From NCBI RefSeq assembly GCF_036971445.1, contig NC_091471.1, forward strand, positions 199,392,001 to 199,456,000: 64,000 bases of DNA. The letters are read 5' to 3'. The position numbers were made by a program, and so were the translations under genes. This document shows positions 63,430-64,000 of this stretch, piece by piece. The notes under the pieces were generated by a model. It was not told the DNA's origin. It saw only the letters and a program-made list of their open reading frames with translations, and did no database searches. Within the stretch, counting starts at the first letter, position 1; every line of letters starts with the position of its first letter. This stretch comes from Narcine bancroftii (Eukaryota).

Positions 63430-64000
63430 GTACACTTTAAACACCCTGGCCCCCGATGAACAGGCTCTGTGCACAGTTGAGGTGGTGGTGACGAGAAACC
63501 TATTCAAGGTGAACCTACACAAGGTAGTGGGACCAGAAACCATACCTGGTCGGGAAATGAAGGACTGTGCAGACATCTTTAACACCTCACTACAGTAGTC
63601 CATCATCCCAATGGATTTCAAGACAGCCACAATCATCCCAGTGCCAAAGAGGGTGACATTAATAGGCCTCAGTGGCTATCGTCTCATAGCATTGACATCC
63701 ACCATTATGAAATGCTTTGAGCACCTGTTGATGGAATGCATCAAAGCATACCTCCCAGACAATGGAGCCATTTCCTTTTACCTACAGATGAAACCATTCC
63801 ACCCATGATGCTAGAGCCTTGTCCTTCCACTGTTTTAACCCACATGGAGAACCACACTGCTGTTCATTTGGAGAAATGGCCTTTACAGTGACTGAACACC
63901 CGTCTCTGTGACTGGATGCTGGAATGTCCAGTATCATCATGCTGAGTACTGGTGCACCTCAGCCCACTCCTCTTCATGCTCCTGACCCATAACTGCAACA
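63430..64000 (+). mobile_element. Rex1/Babar RT fragment, decayed
   Basis: FKTATIIPVPK...YRLIALTSTIMKCFE; gcacctcagcccactcctcttc. Confidence 0.82.

Overview
Vertebrate non-coding DNA, almost certainly from a cartilaginous fish (HE1-type V-SINEs, HER1/CR1 LINEs, Deu-type SINE, Penelope, Rex1, RTE). It reads as an intron or intergenic region dominated by transposable elements. No host protein-coding gene could be recognised; only weak minus-strand exon candidates were found. Main features: a full-length decayed Gypsy (Mag-like) element at 16699-21452 with LTRs, tRNA-Ser PBS, PPT and TSD; a young CR1 with a 739-codon RT ORF; an RTE LINE with a twin-priming 5' inversion; an inverted two-arm Penelope insertion with a 14-bp TSD and hammerhead-like motifs, nested in a solo LTR nested in a CR1; an internally deleted L1 with an RTE-associated inversion; MITE and foldback elements; and a 5S-derived SINE. 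The least explained signal is a CpG-rich cluster of long hairpins at about 56.6-57.2 kb. All alignments were done by eye, and family names come from recalled consensus features rather than database searches.
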